From the NCBI GenBank assembly GCA_046292385.1, contig JBKBRF010000056.1, forward strand, positions 15,824 through 39,542: a stretch of 23,719 bases of DNA. The letters are read 5' to 3'. Origin of the DNA: Armatimonadota bacterium. Lineage in GTDB: Bacteria > Armatimonadota > SYMT01. Position numbers and translations under genes: made by a program. The notes below the pieces were generated by a model. It worked only from the letters and a program-made list of their open reading frames with translations. It did no database searches and was not told the origin of the DNA. Shown in pieces: positions 1 through 8,607 of the stretch (position 1 is its first letter; each line of letters begins with the position of its first letter).

Positions 1-318
1 CGTGTTCGTGGGGGTGGGCGCTTCGCCGCGCGGCGCAGCCGGGCCCTCGGCGGAGGGGCCCTCGGCGGCGCGGCGGGTGGCAGCCGAGCGCCCGGAGGTG
101 GGCTTCTTCCCCCGCCGCGCCGCCTGCTCCGCGTAGTGCTCCATAAGCTGCAGGTAGAGGTCTTCCTGCTCGAACAGGTGCCGCTCCACCATCTGCGCCA
201 GGGTCTCGAAGGTGACGCTCACCCGGATCGGCACCTCCACCTCGCGCTCTCCGATGGAGAGCCGGATCGGCAGCTCGAACTCCCGCTTCTCCTCACCGTT
301 CTCCCGGGTATCCGCCAC
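1..318 (-). CDS. Hypothetical protein, 3'-truncated by the window edge (MADTRENGEEKREFELPIRLSIGEREVEVPIRVSVTFETLAQMVERHLFEQEDLYLQLMEHY...)
   Basis: Hand translation of the minus strand: GTG at 318 preceded by GGAGG-AAGAAAA, open frame to position 1, GC3-rich codons. Absent from the ORF track because it runs off the edge. Confidence 0.75.
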   Translation of the reverse strand, partial: MADTRENGEEKREFELPIRLSIGEREVEVPIRVSVTFETLAQMVERHLFEQEDLYLQLMEHYAEQAARRGKKPTSGRSAATRRAAEGPSAEGPAAPRGEAPTPTNT

Positions 319-538
319 TTTTCTTCCTCCGATCCTCTCGTTCTGCGAGCTCGGCCGCGCGCCCGAGTCCGGTGCCTCCGGCACGTTCTCGCCGGCTCGA
401 TCCAGGACGGCCACGGCCGGCTCGGACGCCGGGCCCTGAAGGACCCGGCTGTCTCGCTGGATAGCACGCTGAAGCGCGGAGAGAGGGACCGGCCGAGCGT
501 GCGCAGCTCCCCCGGTCCCACTGTCTCTCCGTCTCCGA

Positions 539-1801
539 CTAATGCGCGGTAGCGGGGGCGCCCACTTCCTCCGGCGACTCCTTGGGCGGGCGGAAGAAGA
601 GCGCCAGGATGACCGCCGCGCCCAGCGCCATGGCGGTCGGCACCAGGAAGAGACTCTGGTAGTCCGTGGCGCCGTTCCGCGTGTAGTACTCCTGCAGCGG
701 CACGAAGAGCCACTTCGCCGCCAGGTCGCCGATCCCCAGGATCAGCAGGTTGAACAGGCCCTGGGCGCTGGTGCGGATATCTTTGGGGAAGACCGCGTCG
801 ATGTAGATGTAGAGCGTGGCGAAGAAGAAAGCGTAGCAGATGCCGTGCAGCACCTGCACGGTGATGATCACCGGGATGTTCTGGCTCATGAACGCGAAGA
901 CCGCAAAGCGGGCGGCGTGACCCAGGATCCCGAGCGTCATCGTCACCTTCCAGCCGAGCCGCTTGAGCGCCAGCCCGAGCACCGCCATCGTGAGGATCTC
1001 CGCCACCTGACCGATGCTCATGACCGGGGTGATGTATTCCGGTGGGATCTTGATATCTTCCAGGAACTTCCCGGCCATCACGAAGTAACCGTTGTGAATC
1101 GTCGAGTCGACAAAGGTCACCACGAAGAGCACCAGGATGTATGGCGCCGCCAGCAGCTTGAACGCCTTCAGCCACGCGAAGCGGTCCTCCCCGGGCTCGG
1201 CGGGCCGCGGCGGGGTGTGCGGGAGCGTGAGGCTGTAGCCGGCGAGCGCGAGCGAAGCGATACCGCCCACCAGGAAGATTGCGCTCTGCGCCTTGGTCAG
1301 CGCCTCGCCCTCGGCGCCGCTCAGGAGGAAATAGAGCGGCCAGGCCGCCAGGATCCAGCCGATGGTGCCGCCCATGCGCACGATTCCAAACTCTTTCTGG
1401 GCGTCCTTGAGGTTGGCAAAGGCGAGCGAGTTGGAGACGGAGATGGTCGGCACGTAGAGCAGCGAGTGGACCAGCATCAGTCCGAAGAAGACCGGAAAGC
1501 TGCGGGTGAAGTAGAGCCCCATCAGCGCGAGCCCGCCGACGAGATGGCTGAACGCCATGAACTTCTCCGCGGCGAAGGTGCGGTCGGCGAACTGGTTGCT
1601 GAAGAAGATCGCTACGATCGAGGCGATGGCAAAGGTGCTGCCGATGAGGGCCTGCTGATCGGTGTTGAAGCCGATCTTGCCCATGTAGGGGAAGACCAGC
1701 GGCAGCCAGGCGCCCCAGATGAAGAACTCCAACACCATCATCAGGAAAAGTCGGAGCTTGGTGTTGGCCGGCCCCGGCCCCGCTTGTGCTACCGCGCTCA
1801 T
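539..1801 (-). CDS. MFS transporter, nucleoside:H+ symporter (NupG/YegT-like) family
   Basis: 420 aa with about 12 hydrophobic segments; family-typical motifs MMVLEFFIWGAW, FADRTFAAEK, RMGGTIGWI, MSIGQVAE, LHGICYAFFF, RTSAQGL; SD AAGGAG upstream. Confidence 0.9.
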   Translation of the reverse strand: MSAVAQAGPGPANTKLRLFLMMVLEFFIWGAWLPLVFPYMGKIGFNTDQQALIGSTFAIASIVAIFFSNQFADRTFAAEKFMAFSHLVGGLALMGLYFTRSFPVFFGLMLVHSLLYVPTISVSNSLAFANLKDAQKEFGIVRMGGTIGWILAAWPLYFLLSGAEGEALTKAQSAIFLVGGIASLALAGYSLTLPHTPPRPAEPGEDRFAWLKAFKLLAAPYILVLFVVTFVDSTIHNGYFVMAGKFLEDIKIPPEYITPVMSIGQVAEILTMAVLGLALKRLGWKVTMTLGILGHAARFAVFAFMSQNIPVIITVQVLHGICYAFFFATLYIYIDAVFPKDIRTSAQGLFNLLILGIGDLAAKWLFVPLQEYYTRNGATDYQSLFLVPTAMALGAAVILALFFRPPKESPEEVGAPATAH

Positions 1802-2036
1802 GCGGCACTCCTTCGTAAAGCGAAAGCTACTGCGGCAACCCGAGCCTGGAGGTCGGGTTACCTACGCCAGTGCGCCGCGAGCGGTAGTGATTCCTACCGA
1901 GCAAGCAGCAACGGACCGAATCGGGTATCAGCTGTATCGAGAGCCAAACCCCGGGCGGGAGCGACTTCACCCTGAGTGCAGGGCCGCGCAAGGATACTGT
2001 TGGCGAAATCAACAGGGCAGGAGGATTACCGGCGGC

Positions 2037-2473
2037 CGAGTCCTCCGGCGAGATTCCCCTGGCGGGGAAGCGGTGGCAAGTGTCACACGCTGTAAAGTTA
2101 CGCCACTGGCGGCGCAGGCGAGATTTGCCGCCGTCCGGCGCTCGGTAGGGGCGGGAAAAGCTCGGCCGCCTTCGTTTTCCCACCCCAGTCATCCTGAACG
2201 CAGTGAAGGATCTACGTCGCGCCCTCTGCGCCGGAGCGAGAGGCCTCGCGCGCGGAGGGGCACCGACGGCAGAGTCCGCGTCACGTCCTGCGTGCTCCGG
2301 ACCAGCACGGCTGCCGAGATCCTTCACTCCGTTCAGGATGACTGGGGTAGGGGCACGTGAGGGGCCGTTCGTTCCTCTGGGCAGATCTTACGCTGCGCCC
2401 CGGGCGCACCCACTTTACAACGTGTGACACGAGCCACCGAATCTCCGTCGCGGGAAGGTCGCCGAAGCACTCG
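2037..2473. repeat. Long imperfect inverted repeat (arms about 2037..2129 and 2380..2473) enclosing the REP-like doublet; possible MITE-like element
   Basis: 2037..2098 versus the reverse complement of 2412..2473 gives 49/62 identity without gaps, with core GTGTCACACG(C/T)TGTAAAGT (2080..2098 / 2412..2430, 18/19). Similarity continues inward (2111..2129 vs 2380..2399). Confidence 0.8.
2182..2348. repeat. REP-like doublet (REPIN-like module), nuclease-free copy
   Basis: ACCCCAGTCATCCTGAACGCAGTGAAGGATCT (2182..2213) and its inverse at 2317..2348 (31/32 identical), 103-bp spacer. Homologous to the modules at 11027..11185 and 11585..11743, in opposite orientation. Confidence 0.92.
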
Positions 2474-2512
2474 CCCTTCGACCCGGCAGCACACTACACA
2501 CCGCGGGACAAC

Positions 2513-3748
2513 CTAACGCCGGGTTGCAGGCGGGAAGACCGACTTCAGCGCTTCCAGGTAGCGCATTCCGTGGCGGCGGTCCGGCTCCAGGTAGCTGCCT
2601 TCGGTCCACTCGTTCCAGCAGTTGATCGTCAGCACCCGCTCCGCCTCCGGACGGCCGGCCAGGAAGTCGCGGGCGCGGAGCAGCCCGGTGCGGAACGCCT
2701 CCGGCGTGTTGCCGCTCAGGCGCGCCATGAACGGGTAGCCGCGGTTCTCAAACGGGTCGGCCTGGCGGGCGCGCGGGCTGGAGTCCCAGCCCATCGTGAC
2801 GTTCGGGTGGTACGGCACGCCGAAGTTGCGCGTCGCCGTCTCCGCGTACTTGAAGTACTCGTCCATCACCCGCGCGTACGGCGTCTCCGGGAACTGGTTC
2901 AGCGGCACGTGGTGGATCCAGACGTAGGAGGTGGTGCTATCCAGCGCCAGCTTCCGAGAGAGCTCCGCCACGTTGGTGACCGCCGTCTCTCCCGGCAGGA
3001 TCTGCACGCCCCACGTGACGCCGTTCAGGTGCAGGTCCGGAAAGCCGGCGGCGCGGGTCTTCGCGCGGAAGCGGTCGAGTGCCTTCCGCGTCTCTTCCAC
3101 GCCGCCGAAACTCTGCACCAGCCGGTAAAGCTCGTAGACGGAGAAGTAGGGCCGGCCGTCGATCTTCCAGTACGACGGGTGCCGGAAGTACTTGCGGATC
3201 ACGTGGTCCGTCAGCGTCTCCCAGGTGGCGGGGGTGATCTTACCCGGGTAGAGCAGCCGGTCCGGGGTGCCGAGCGTCTTCGGGTGGATGTCGACCCAGT
3301 CGTGGTTCGCCCACATCAGCCCGAACTTGAGCCGGCGGTTATTCTTCGCGCCGAGGAAGCCGCGGTCGAGACCCCGCTCCAGGAACGGGCCGTCGTCGTA
3401 CCAGTACCAGTCGAAGATGAAGGCGTCGACCCCGTGGTCCGCCGCGGCGTCGATCTTCCGCGCCATCACGCGCGGGTCCGACTCGTCCTCGTAGCCCCAG
3501 AGCGGCTCGTTCGGCTGGTAGTGCCCGGGAAAGCGGGGCCGCGCCTGCTTCACGAGCTCCCACTCGCTCCACCCCTTCCCGTGGACCGCCTCGTTGCGCG
3601 GGTCGCCGCGATGGTAGTTCGGAAAGTAGTAGCAGGCGACGGTCGGCCGCCCTTTCGGGTCAGCGCGGGAAGGCGTCTCACCCGAGGCGGCGAGGGCGGA
3701 GAACGGGAGCATGGCGAGAAGGACGAGCAGGAGTGAGATGCGGTGCAT
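2513..3748 (-). CDS. Secreted WbsX-like / glycoside hydrolase family 99-like protein
   Basis: N-terminal signal peptide; motifs YYFPNYH, WSEWELVK, FIFDWYWY, WANHDW, YWKIDGRP, GWDSSPR, WNEWTEGSYLEPD; SD GGGAG upstream. Confidence 0.85.
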   Translation of the reverse strand: MHRISLLLVLLAMLPFSALAASGETPSRADPKGRPTVACYYFPNYHRGDPRNEAVHGKGWSEWELVKQARPRFPGHYQPNEPLWGYEDESDPRVMARKIDAAADHGVDAFIFDWYWYDDGPFLERGLDRGFLGAKNNRRLKFGLMWANHDWVDIHPKTLGTPDRLLYPGKITPATWETLTDHVIRKYFRHPSYWKIDGRPYFSVYELYRLVQSFGGVEETRKALDRFRAKTRAAGFPDLHLNGVTWGVQILPGETAVTNVAELSRKLALDSTTSYVWIHHVPLNQFPETPYARVMDEYFKYAETATRNFGVPYHPNVTMGWDSSPRARQADPFENRGYPFMARLSGNTPEAFRTGLLRARDFLAGRPEAERVLTINCWNEWTEGSYLEPDRRHGMRYLEALKSVFPPATRR

Positions 3749-3963
3749 GGCACGCTCCCTTTCGCGGCCGGTGGGGGAAAGAACCTTCTCCCGCTCGCGC
3801 GCCTGGTTCGGTCAAGAGCCGGTGCGACCTTGGCAGGGCTGCTTCGGTTGCCCCGCTGGCGGGGCGCGAAAGCAAGCCCCCCGTACTGGGGGCAAGCCAC
3901 CGCTTCCCCGGCAGGGGAATACCGGCGCTGCGTTTCGTCGGGTCAGGCGCGCACGGAAAGAAT

Positions 3964-5310
3964 CTACTTCGCCAGCACCCTCCCCACCAGAAAGTCCGGC
4001 GTCTTGCCGCGGGTTGCTCCCGCGAACACGATCTTGCCGTCTCCCTGGAGCCTCACCGCGGTGGCGTAGTCGTGACTGTTCTTGGAAAAGCGCAGCACCG
4101 AGACCCCCTGCTTCCCGAAGGTGGCGTCGAGGGTGCCGTCCGGGTGGTAGCGGGCGAGGAGGGTATCGACCGTCCTCCGCGGCAGGGCCGAGCCCGCCAC
4201 GACGAGGCGCCCGTCCGCCTGGACCGCGATGGCGCGGGCGGCCTCATCGCCGCCGGCGTGACCGACCACCGTGCCGCCGTCGCCGAAGGTCGCGTCCGGC
4301 ACGCCCTCCGCGGAGTAGCGCGCCAGCGCCAGGTCGAGGCCCTGCTTGCCGTTCAGCGCGCTGCCGGCCACCACGATCATGCCGTCCGCCTGGAGCGCCA
4401 TCCCGTAGGCGCGGTCGGCCCCGCCGCGCAGGTCGGTGACCACCCGGCCGCCGTCGCCGAAGCTGGGGTCGAGGGAGCCGTCCGCCTCGTACCGGGCGAG
4501 AGCGAAGTCGTTGTGGGCCGTGCCGGCCACGAGGATGCGCCCGCCGGGGAGGGCGATCACGGCTCGCGCCTCGTCCGAGCTGGCGGAGCCGTCGCTGAAG
4601 TCGGTGAGGACCCGGCCGCCGTCCCCGAACTCGGGGTCGAGCTGTCCGTCCGGCGTAAACTTCGCCAGCGCGAAGTCGTCGCTGGCGCCGGCGCGGCCCT
4701 GTCCCGCCGCCAGGATCGAGCCGTCCGGGAGCACGGCGAGCGCGTAGATCTCGTCATCGCCGGGGGTCAGGTCGGCCGTGACTCGGCCGCCGCTGCCGAA
4801 CTCCGAATCGAGCGCCCCGCTCGGGGTGAAGCGCGCCAGGGCGAACCGGTGGCGAAGCACCTGCTGGGCGTCCGGGCCGACGGAGGTCCCCGCCGCCAGG
4901 ATCTTGCCGCCGGAAACGAGTTCGACGGCGGAGAGGCTGTCATCGTAGCCGTCGAAGTCGAGGACCGCCCGACCGCGGGCGCCGAAGCCGGGGTCCAGGC
5001 GGCCGCGCGAGTCACAGCGCAGCAGGGCGAAGTCCCGGAGCTGCTGCGTGGCGGAGGCACGGCTCTGCGCCGTCCCCGCCACCACGATCTTGCCGTCGGC
5101 CTGGATCGCCAGCGCCTCGGCGCCGTCTTCGCGCCTGGAGAAGTCCTGGATCGCCCGACCGCCCTGGCCGAACTTCTGGTCCAGCTTCCCCGCCTTCGGC
5201 TTCGGCGCCGCCCCGGCCTCCGGCACCAGCCCACCGGCCAGCACCGCCGCCAGCGCCGCCACGCCCAGGATGCCGGCCCCCACGCGCCGCACCCGCGCTC
5301 CCTGTCTCAT
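3964..5310 (-). CDS. Secreted delta-60 repeat domain protein (beta-propeller-like), 448 aa
   Basis: About 7 repeats of type A(I/L)QADG(K/R)IVVAG...FALARY...DG(S/T)LDPxFGxGG; signal-peptide-like N-terminus from ATG 5310. The 1154-aa ORF in the track is an upstream over-extension. Confidence 0.85.
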   Translation of the reverse strand: MRQGARVRRVGAGILGVAALAAVLAGGLVPEAGAAPKPKAGKLDQKFGQGGRAIQDFSRREDGAEALAIQADGKIVVAGTAQSRASATQQLRDFALLRCDSRGRLDPGFGARGRAVLDFDGYDDSLSAVELVSGGKILAAGTSVGPDAQQVLRHRFALARFTPSGALDSEFGSGGRVTADLTPGDDEIYALAVLPDGSILAAGQGRAGASDDFALAKFTPDGQLDPEFGDGGRVLTDFSDGSASSDEARAVIALPGGRILVAGTAHNDFALARYEADGSLDPSFGDGGRVVTDLRGGADRAYGMALQADGMIVVAGSALNGKQGLDLALARYSAEGVPDATFGDGGTVVGHAGGDEAARAIAVQADGRLVVAGSALPRRTVDTLLARYHPDGTLDATFGKQGVSVLRFSKNSHDYATAVRLQGDGKIVFAGATRGKTPDFLVGRVLAK

Positions 5311-5345
5311 GGATCGCCTGCCTCTACCGTCGCCGGGGCGGCGCC

Positions 5346-6365
5346 TCAGCGGCGCGCTCGTCGCCAGTACTCCGTTGTGTAGGCACCCTGCGGCTCGGCT
5401 GCAAGCACCCCCTGCTCCACCAGGGTCTTCCAGGTGCGCTCGTAGCGCCCCGGGGAGAGGTACCCGATCGGCCGGCGCTTGCCCTGGCCGCGCACCAGCC
5501 GCGCCACTCCACGCGCCATGTGGCGCTGGTGTACCAGCCCGCCCGGCGCCTCCGGACCGGCGTACTGGAACGACATCCGCGCCGCCGCTTCCGGGTGCTC
5601 GACCGCCCACTTCCAGCCGCGGAACGACGCGCGCAGGAACTTTACCGCCGTCTCCGGATGGGTCTGGAGCCAGTCTTCCCGGGCGAAGATCCCGTCCTCC
5701 AGGATGCTGACGCCGAGGCGGTTGTAATCGAAGATCCGGAGCTCCTTCCGCTTCGCCGTGTGCAGCACGTAGCGGAGCTCGTTGTAGGTCATCGCGTGGG
5801 CGACGTCGAGCTCGCCCTGCAGGAAGGGCGTCATCTCGAACGGCTGCTCCACCACCGTCATGTGCTCTGCCGGCGGAGAGAGGTGGAACTTCGCCGCCAG
5901 CGCCATGAACTGGTACTCGTTGCCGGAGAACCAGACCCCCACCCGGCGTCCGGCGAGATCCTCTACCTTCTTGATGCCGCTCGACTTGAACGCCACCAGC
6001 CGCATCCCGGAGTCCTGGAAGATCTGCGCGATGTTGACCAGCGGCTTTCCGGCCTCCCGTGCCCGCAGCAGGGCCGACATCCAATTGATGCCGAATTCCG
6101 CGGCGCCGGCATTCACCACGTCCTCCGCGGCCAGCTCCGGCCCGCCCGGTAGGATCGTGACGTCCAGCCCCTCGTCCGCGTAGTAACCGCGGTCGCGCGC
6201 CGCGTAGTAGCCGGCGAACTGCGCCTGGTGCAGCCACTTGAGCTGCAGACGCACCTCCTCCGGCTTCCCGCCGCCGCCCGCCTCCACCGGCCGTTCCAGC
6301 ACGGCAGTTGAGAGCAGCAGCGCCCCCAGGAGCAGGAGCAGCAGACGTCGAGCCAGCCTGTTCAT
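5346..6365 (-). CDS. NMT1/THI5-like ABC transporter substrate-binding protein, 339 aa
   Basis: QLKWLHQAQFAGYYAA, GYYADEGLDV, MTYNE, FLRASFRGW motifs; signal peptide MNRLARRLLLLLLG from ATG 6365 with SD GGAGGG. Confidence 0.88.
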   Translation of the reverse strand: MNRLARRLLLLLLGALLLSTAVLERPVEAGGGGKPEEVRLQLKWLHQAQFAGYYAARDRGYYADEGLDVTILPGGPELAAEDVVNAGAAEFGINWMSALLRAREAGKPLVNIAQIFQDSGMRLVAFKSSGIKKVEDLAGRRVGVWFSGNEYQFMALAAKFHLSPPAEHMTVVEQPFEMTPFLQGELDVAHAMTYNELRYVLHTAKRKELRIFDYNRLGVSILEDGIFAREDWLQTHPETAVKFLRASFRGWKWAVEHPEAAARMSFQYAGPEAPGGLVHQRHMARGVARLVRGQGKRRPIGYLSPGRYERTWKTLVEQGVLAAEPQGAYTTEYWRRARR

Positions 6366-6514
6366 CGAGCCCTCCACGCGATCGGACCGCTTGCCCTTTA
6401 GGGCGGCAAACAAGGAGACCCAACTCTCTTGGCGCCCCGGCCGCGTAAATCCTGCCGGACGAACCCCGCCCAACGGCGGTACAACCGGTGGCGGGAGCAG
6501 CACCAGCCGGCTTC

Positions 6515-6591
6515 GTTGCAGGTTGACAGGTTGCAGGCTCGGCCTCTCGTGCGACGGGTTCTGAACCTGCAACTTGCAACCTGAAAACTTG
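6515..6591. repeat. Inverted arrays of 7/8-mer repeats (CAGGTTG ... CAACCTG)
   Basis: GTTGCAGGTTGACAGGTTGCAGG (6515..6537) and AACCTGCAACTTGCAACCTGAAAACTTG (6564..6591). Confidence 0.7.
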
Positions 6592-6648
6592 AGAACGCGC
6601 AGCGCTTCCGAGAAGTAGCTGAATTCGAAGAGCAGATAGAGGTTCGCT

Positions 6649-7410
6649 ATGGGTCGAGTCGAGGGAAAGGTCATCATCGTCACCGGCGGCGCCACCGGCA
6701 TCGGGCGCGGCATCTCGGAAGTGCTCGCGCGGGAAGGCGCGTCGGTGGTGATCGCCAACCGGAACCGGGAGCGCGGGGAAGAAGCGGCGCAGGCGATTAC
6801 GGAGGCGGGCGGTCGCGCCCTCTTCGTGCCGACCGACATCGTCTCCGAAGCGGACTGCCGTCACCTCGTGGCGGAGGCGGTCCGCGAGTTCGGCCGGCTC
6901 GACGGCCTGGTGAACAACGCCGGCATCTTCCCCCGCTCCACGCTGGAGGAGACGACCGAGGCACTCTGGGACCAGATCATGGCGGTCAACCTGAAGGGGG
7001 TCTTCTTCTGCTGCAAGTACGCGGTGCCGGAGCTGCGGAAGCAGGGCGGCGGCTGCATCGTGAACATCGGCTCCGCGAACTCCTACATCGGCGCGCCGAA
7101 CCTCTTCGCCTATTCCGTCGCCAAGGGCGGCCTGATCACCCTCACCCGCAACCTCGCCAACGCCCTGGCGCCGGACCGCATCCGCGTCAACTTCGTCAAC
7201 CCGGGCTGGGTGATCACGGAGACAGAGATCGAGATCCAGGCGCAGGAGGGGCACGACGCCGGCTGGCTGGAGGAAGCGGCGAAGAACACGCCGCTCGGCC
7301 GGCACCAGGTTCCGGAAGACGCCGCCTACGCCTGCCTCTACCTCCTCTCCGACGAGGCCTCGCAGGTAAGCGGAGACCTCCTGAACGTCGACGGCCGCGG
7401 CATCCGGTAG
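6649..7410 (+). CDS. Short-chain dehydrogenase/reductase (classical SDR)
   Basis: TGGATGIG Rossmann motif, NNAG, catalytic YSVAK (YxxxK), IRVNFVNPG; SD GAGG. Confidence 0.93.
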   Translation: MGRVEGKVIIVTGGATGIGRGISEVLAREGASVVIANRNRERGEEAAQAITEAGGRALFVPTDIVSEADCRHLVAEAVREFGRLDGLVNNAGIFPRSTLEETTEALWDQIMAVNLKGVFFCCKYAVPELRKQGGGCIVNIGSANSYIGAPNLFAYSVAKGGLITLTRNLANALAPDRIRVNFVNPGWVITETEIEIQAQEGHDAGWLEEAAKNTPLGRHQVPEDAAYACLYLLSDEASQVSGDLLNVDGRGIR

Positions 7411-7462
7411 TGGATTGTGCCGGCCCATGGATCCGCGGGCCGAGACAGCGCAAGCACTCCGC

Positions 7463-7598
7463 GGCGGGCCGTAAACGACCCGCCTGATGCTCTGACGGAA
7501 GGACGCTGAAGCGCCCTGTACTCACGAGAACCCTCACGAAAGTACAGGGCGCTTCAGCGTCCTTTGCAGAGAGACAGGGTGCTCCTTCAGGGGCACCC
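7463..7598. repeat. REP-like inverted doublet with two hairpins per arm
   Basis: Perfect 24-bp inverted repeat AAGGACGCTGAAGCGCCCTGTACT (7499..7522 / 7541..7564), each arm internally palindromic, flanked by hairpins at 7463..7484 and 7577..7598. Confidence 0.8.
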
Positions 7599-7711
7599 GC
7601 CGGGCTGATGGCGGTGCCAGGCGACAAGGGCCTGGGATCGGCCCGCGATCAACATGCCGTGCTGCGCGAGAGCAGCAAGTCCGAGGCTAGACTACACTCC
7701 CCTCCCCTTTC

Positions 7712-7720
7712 TGGTATGAT
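7712..7720 (+). promoter_or_regulatory. Candidate extended -10 promoter (TGGTATGAT) for queE
   Basis: TGnTATGAT ends at 7720, with 5 nt between it and the in-frame GTG at 7726. Confidence 0.5.
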
Positions 7721-7725
7721 ACGCC

Positions 7726-8580
7726 GTGCCCTTCGCGGGTAGAACGACGGCGATGATCACACTGGAGCGCGACCGGCTCACCCCGGCAGCAAAGCGGCCC
7801 GCCACGGCGCGGGTGGTGGAGGTGTTCAGCAGCATCCAGGGAGAGGCGGAGCTCCTGGGAGTCCGCCAGGTCTTCCTGCGACTCTTCGGCTGCAACCTCC
7901 GCTGCGCCTGGTGTGACAGCCCGGAGACGCTCACCGCACCGAAGGGGCCGCTCCTGCCGGGACGGGCGGAGCAGACCGCCGGGCGCGCCGACTTCCGCCC
8001 GCTCGCCAACCCGGCGCCGCTGGAGCGCGTCCGCGAGGCGGTGCTGCGGCTGGCGGAGCAGGCTCCGCACCACTCGCTCAGCATCACCGGGGGAGAGCCG
8101 CTCCTCCACGCGCGGTTCCTGGAGCAGCTCCTGCCGCGGATGCGGCAGGACGGCCTGCGGATCTCGCTGGAGACGAACGGCCTGCTGCCGGAGCACCTGC
8201 CCCGCGTGCTGCCGTGGCTCGACTGGATCGCGATGGACCTGAAGCCGCCCTCCTGCACCGGCGACCGGTGCCCGGACTGGCTGGAGCGTCACCGCGAGTT
8301 CCTGCGAGTCGCCCGGCCGGGCCGCCCCGGCTCTCCGCGCACCTTCCTGAAGCTGGTGCTCTCGCCCGCCGCCGAGGAGGCAGAGCTGCGCGCCATCTTC
8401 CGCCTCGCCGCGGAAGAGGCCCCCGGCTCCAGCCTCACGCTGCAGCCGGTCACGCCGTTCGGGAGCGTCAGCCGGACCCCGGACATGGAAGCGACCCTCC
8501 GCTGGCAGGCGATCGCCGGCGAGTACCTGGCCGACGTCCGCGTCATCCCCCAGGTCCACAAGCTCCTCGGCGTGCTCTAA
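7726..8580 (+). CDS. queE: 7-carboxy-7-deazaguanine synthase QueE (radical SAM); alternative start ATG 7753
   Basis: EVFSSIQGE, FLRLFGCNLRCAWCDS (CxxxCxxC), SITGGEP, LETNG, MDLKPPS, LQP, C-terminal RVIPQVHK. Confidence 0.88.
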   Translation: MPFAGRTTAMITLERDRLTPAAKRPATARVVEVFSSIQGEAELLGVRQVFLRLFGCNLRCAWCDSPETLTAPKGPLLPGRAEQTAGRADFRPLANPAPLERVREAVLRLAEQAPHHSLSITGGEPLLHARFLEQLLPRMRQDGLRISLETNGLLPEHLPRVLPWLDWIAMDLKPPSCTGDRCPDWLERHREFLRVARPGRPGSPRTFLKLVLSPAAEEAELRAIFRLAAEEAPGSSLTLQPVTPFGSVSRTPDMEATLRWQAIAGEYLADVRVIPQVHKLLGVL

Positions 8581-8607
8581 CGGGAGCCCGGGCCGGCTCA
8601 CTACCGG

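Noticed and set aside
1802..1900. Purine-type riboswitch upstream of the nucleoside MFS gene
   Set aside because: Two hairpins are present but no recognisable aptamer consensus; an Infernal/Rfam scan would settle it.
1719..2512. ORFs of 64-213 aa in the MFS to GH99-like gap
   Set aside because: They run through repeat DNA, lack SD sites and have no recognisable motifs.
6366..6514. TPP riboswitch upstream of the THI5-like gene
   Set aside because: The conserved CUGAGA and AGCGUAGGGA-like elements are not visible on the minus strand.
3964..7428. 1154-aa minus-strand ORF as one giant protein
   Set aside because: Its first ~700 aa are the antisense shadow of the SDR and an off-frame overlap of the THI5-like gene; only 3964..5310 looks like real protein.
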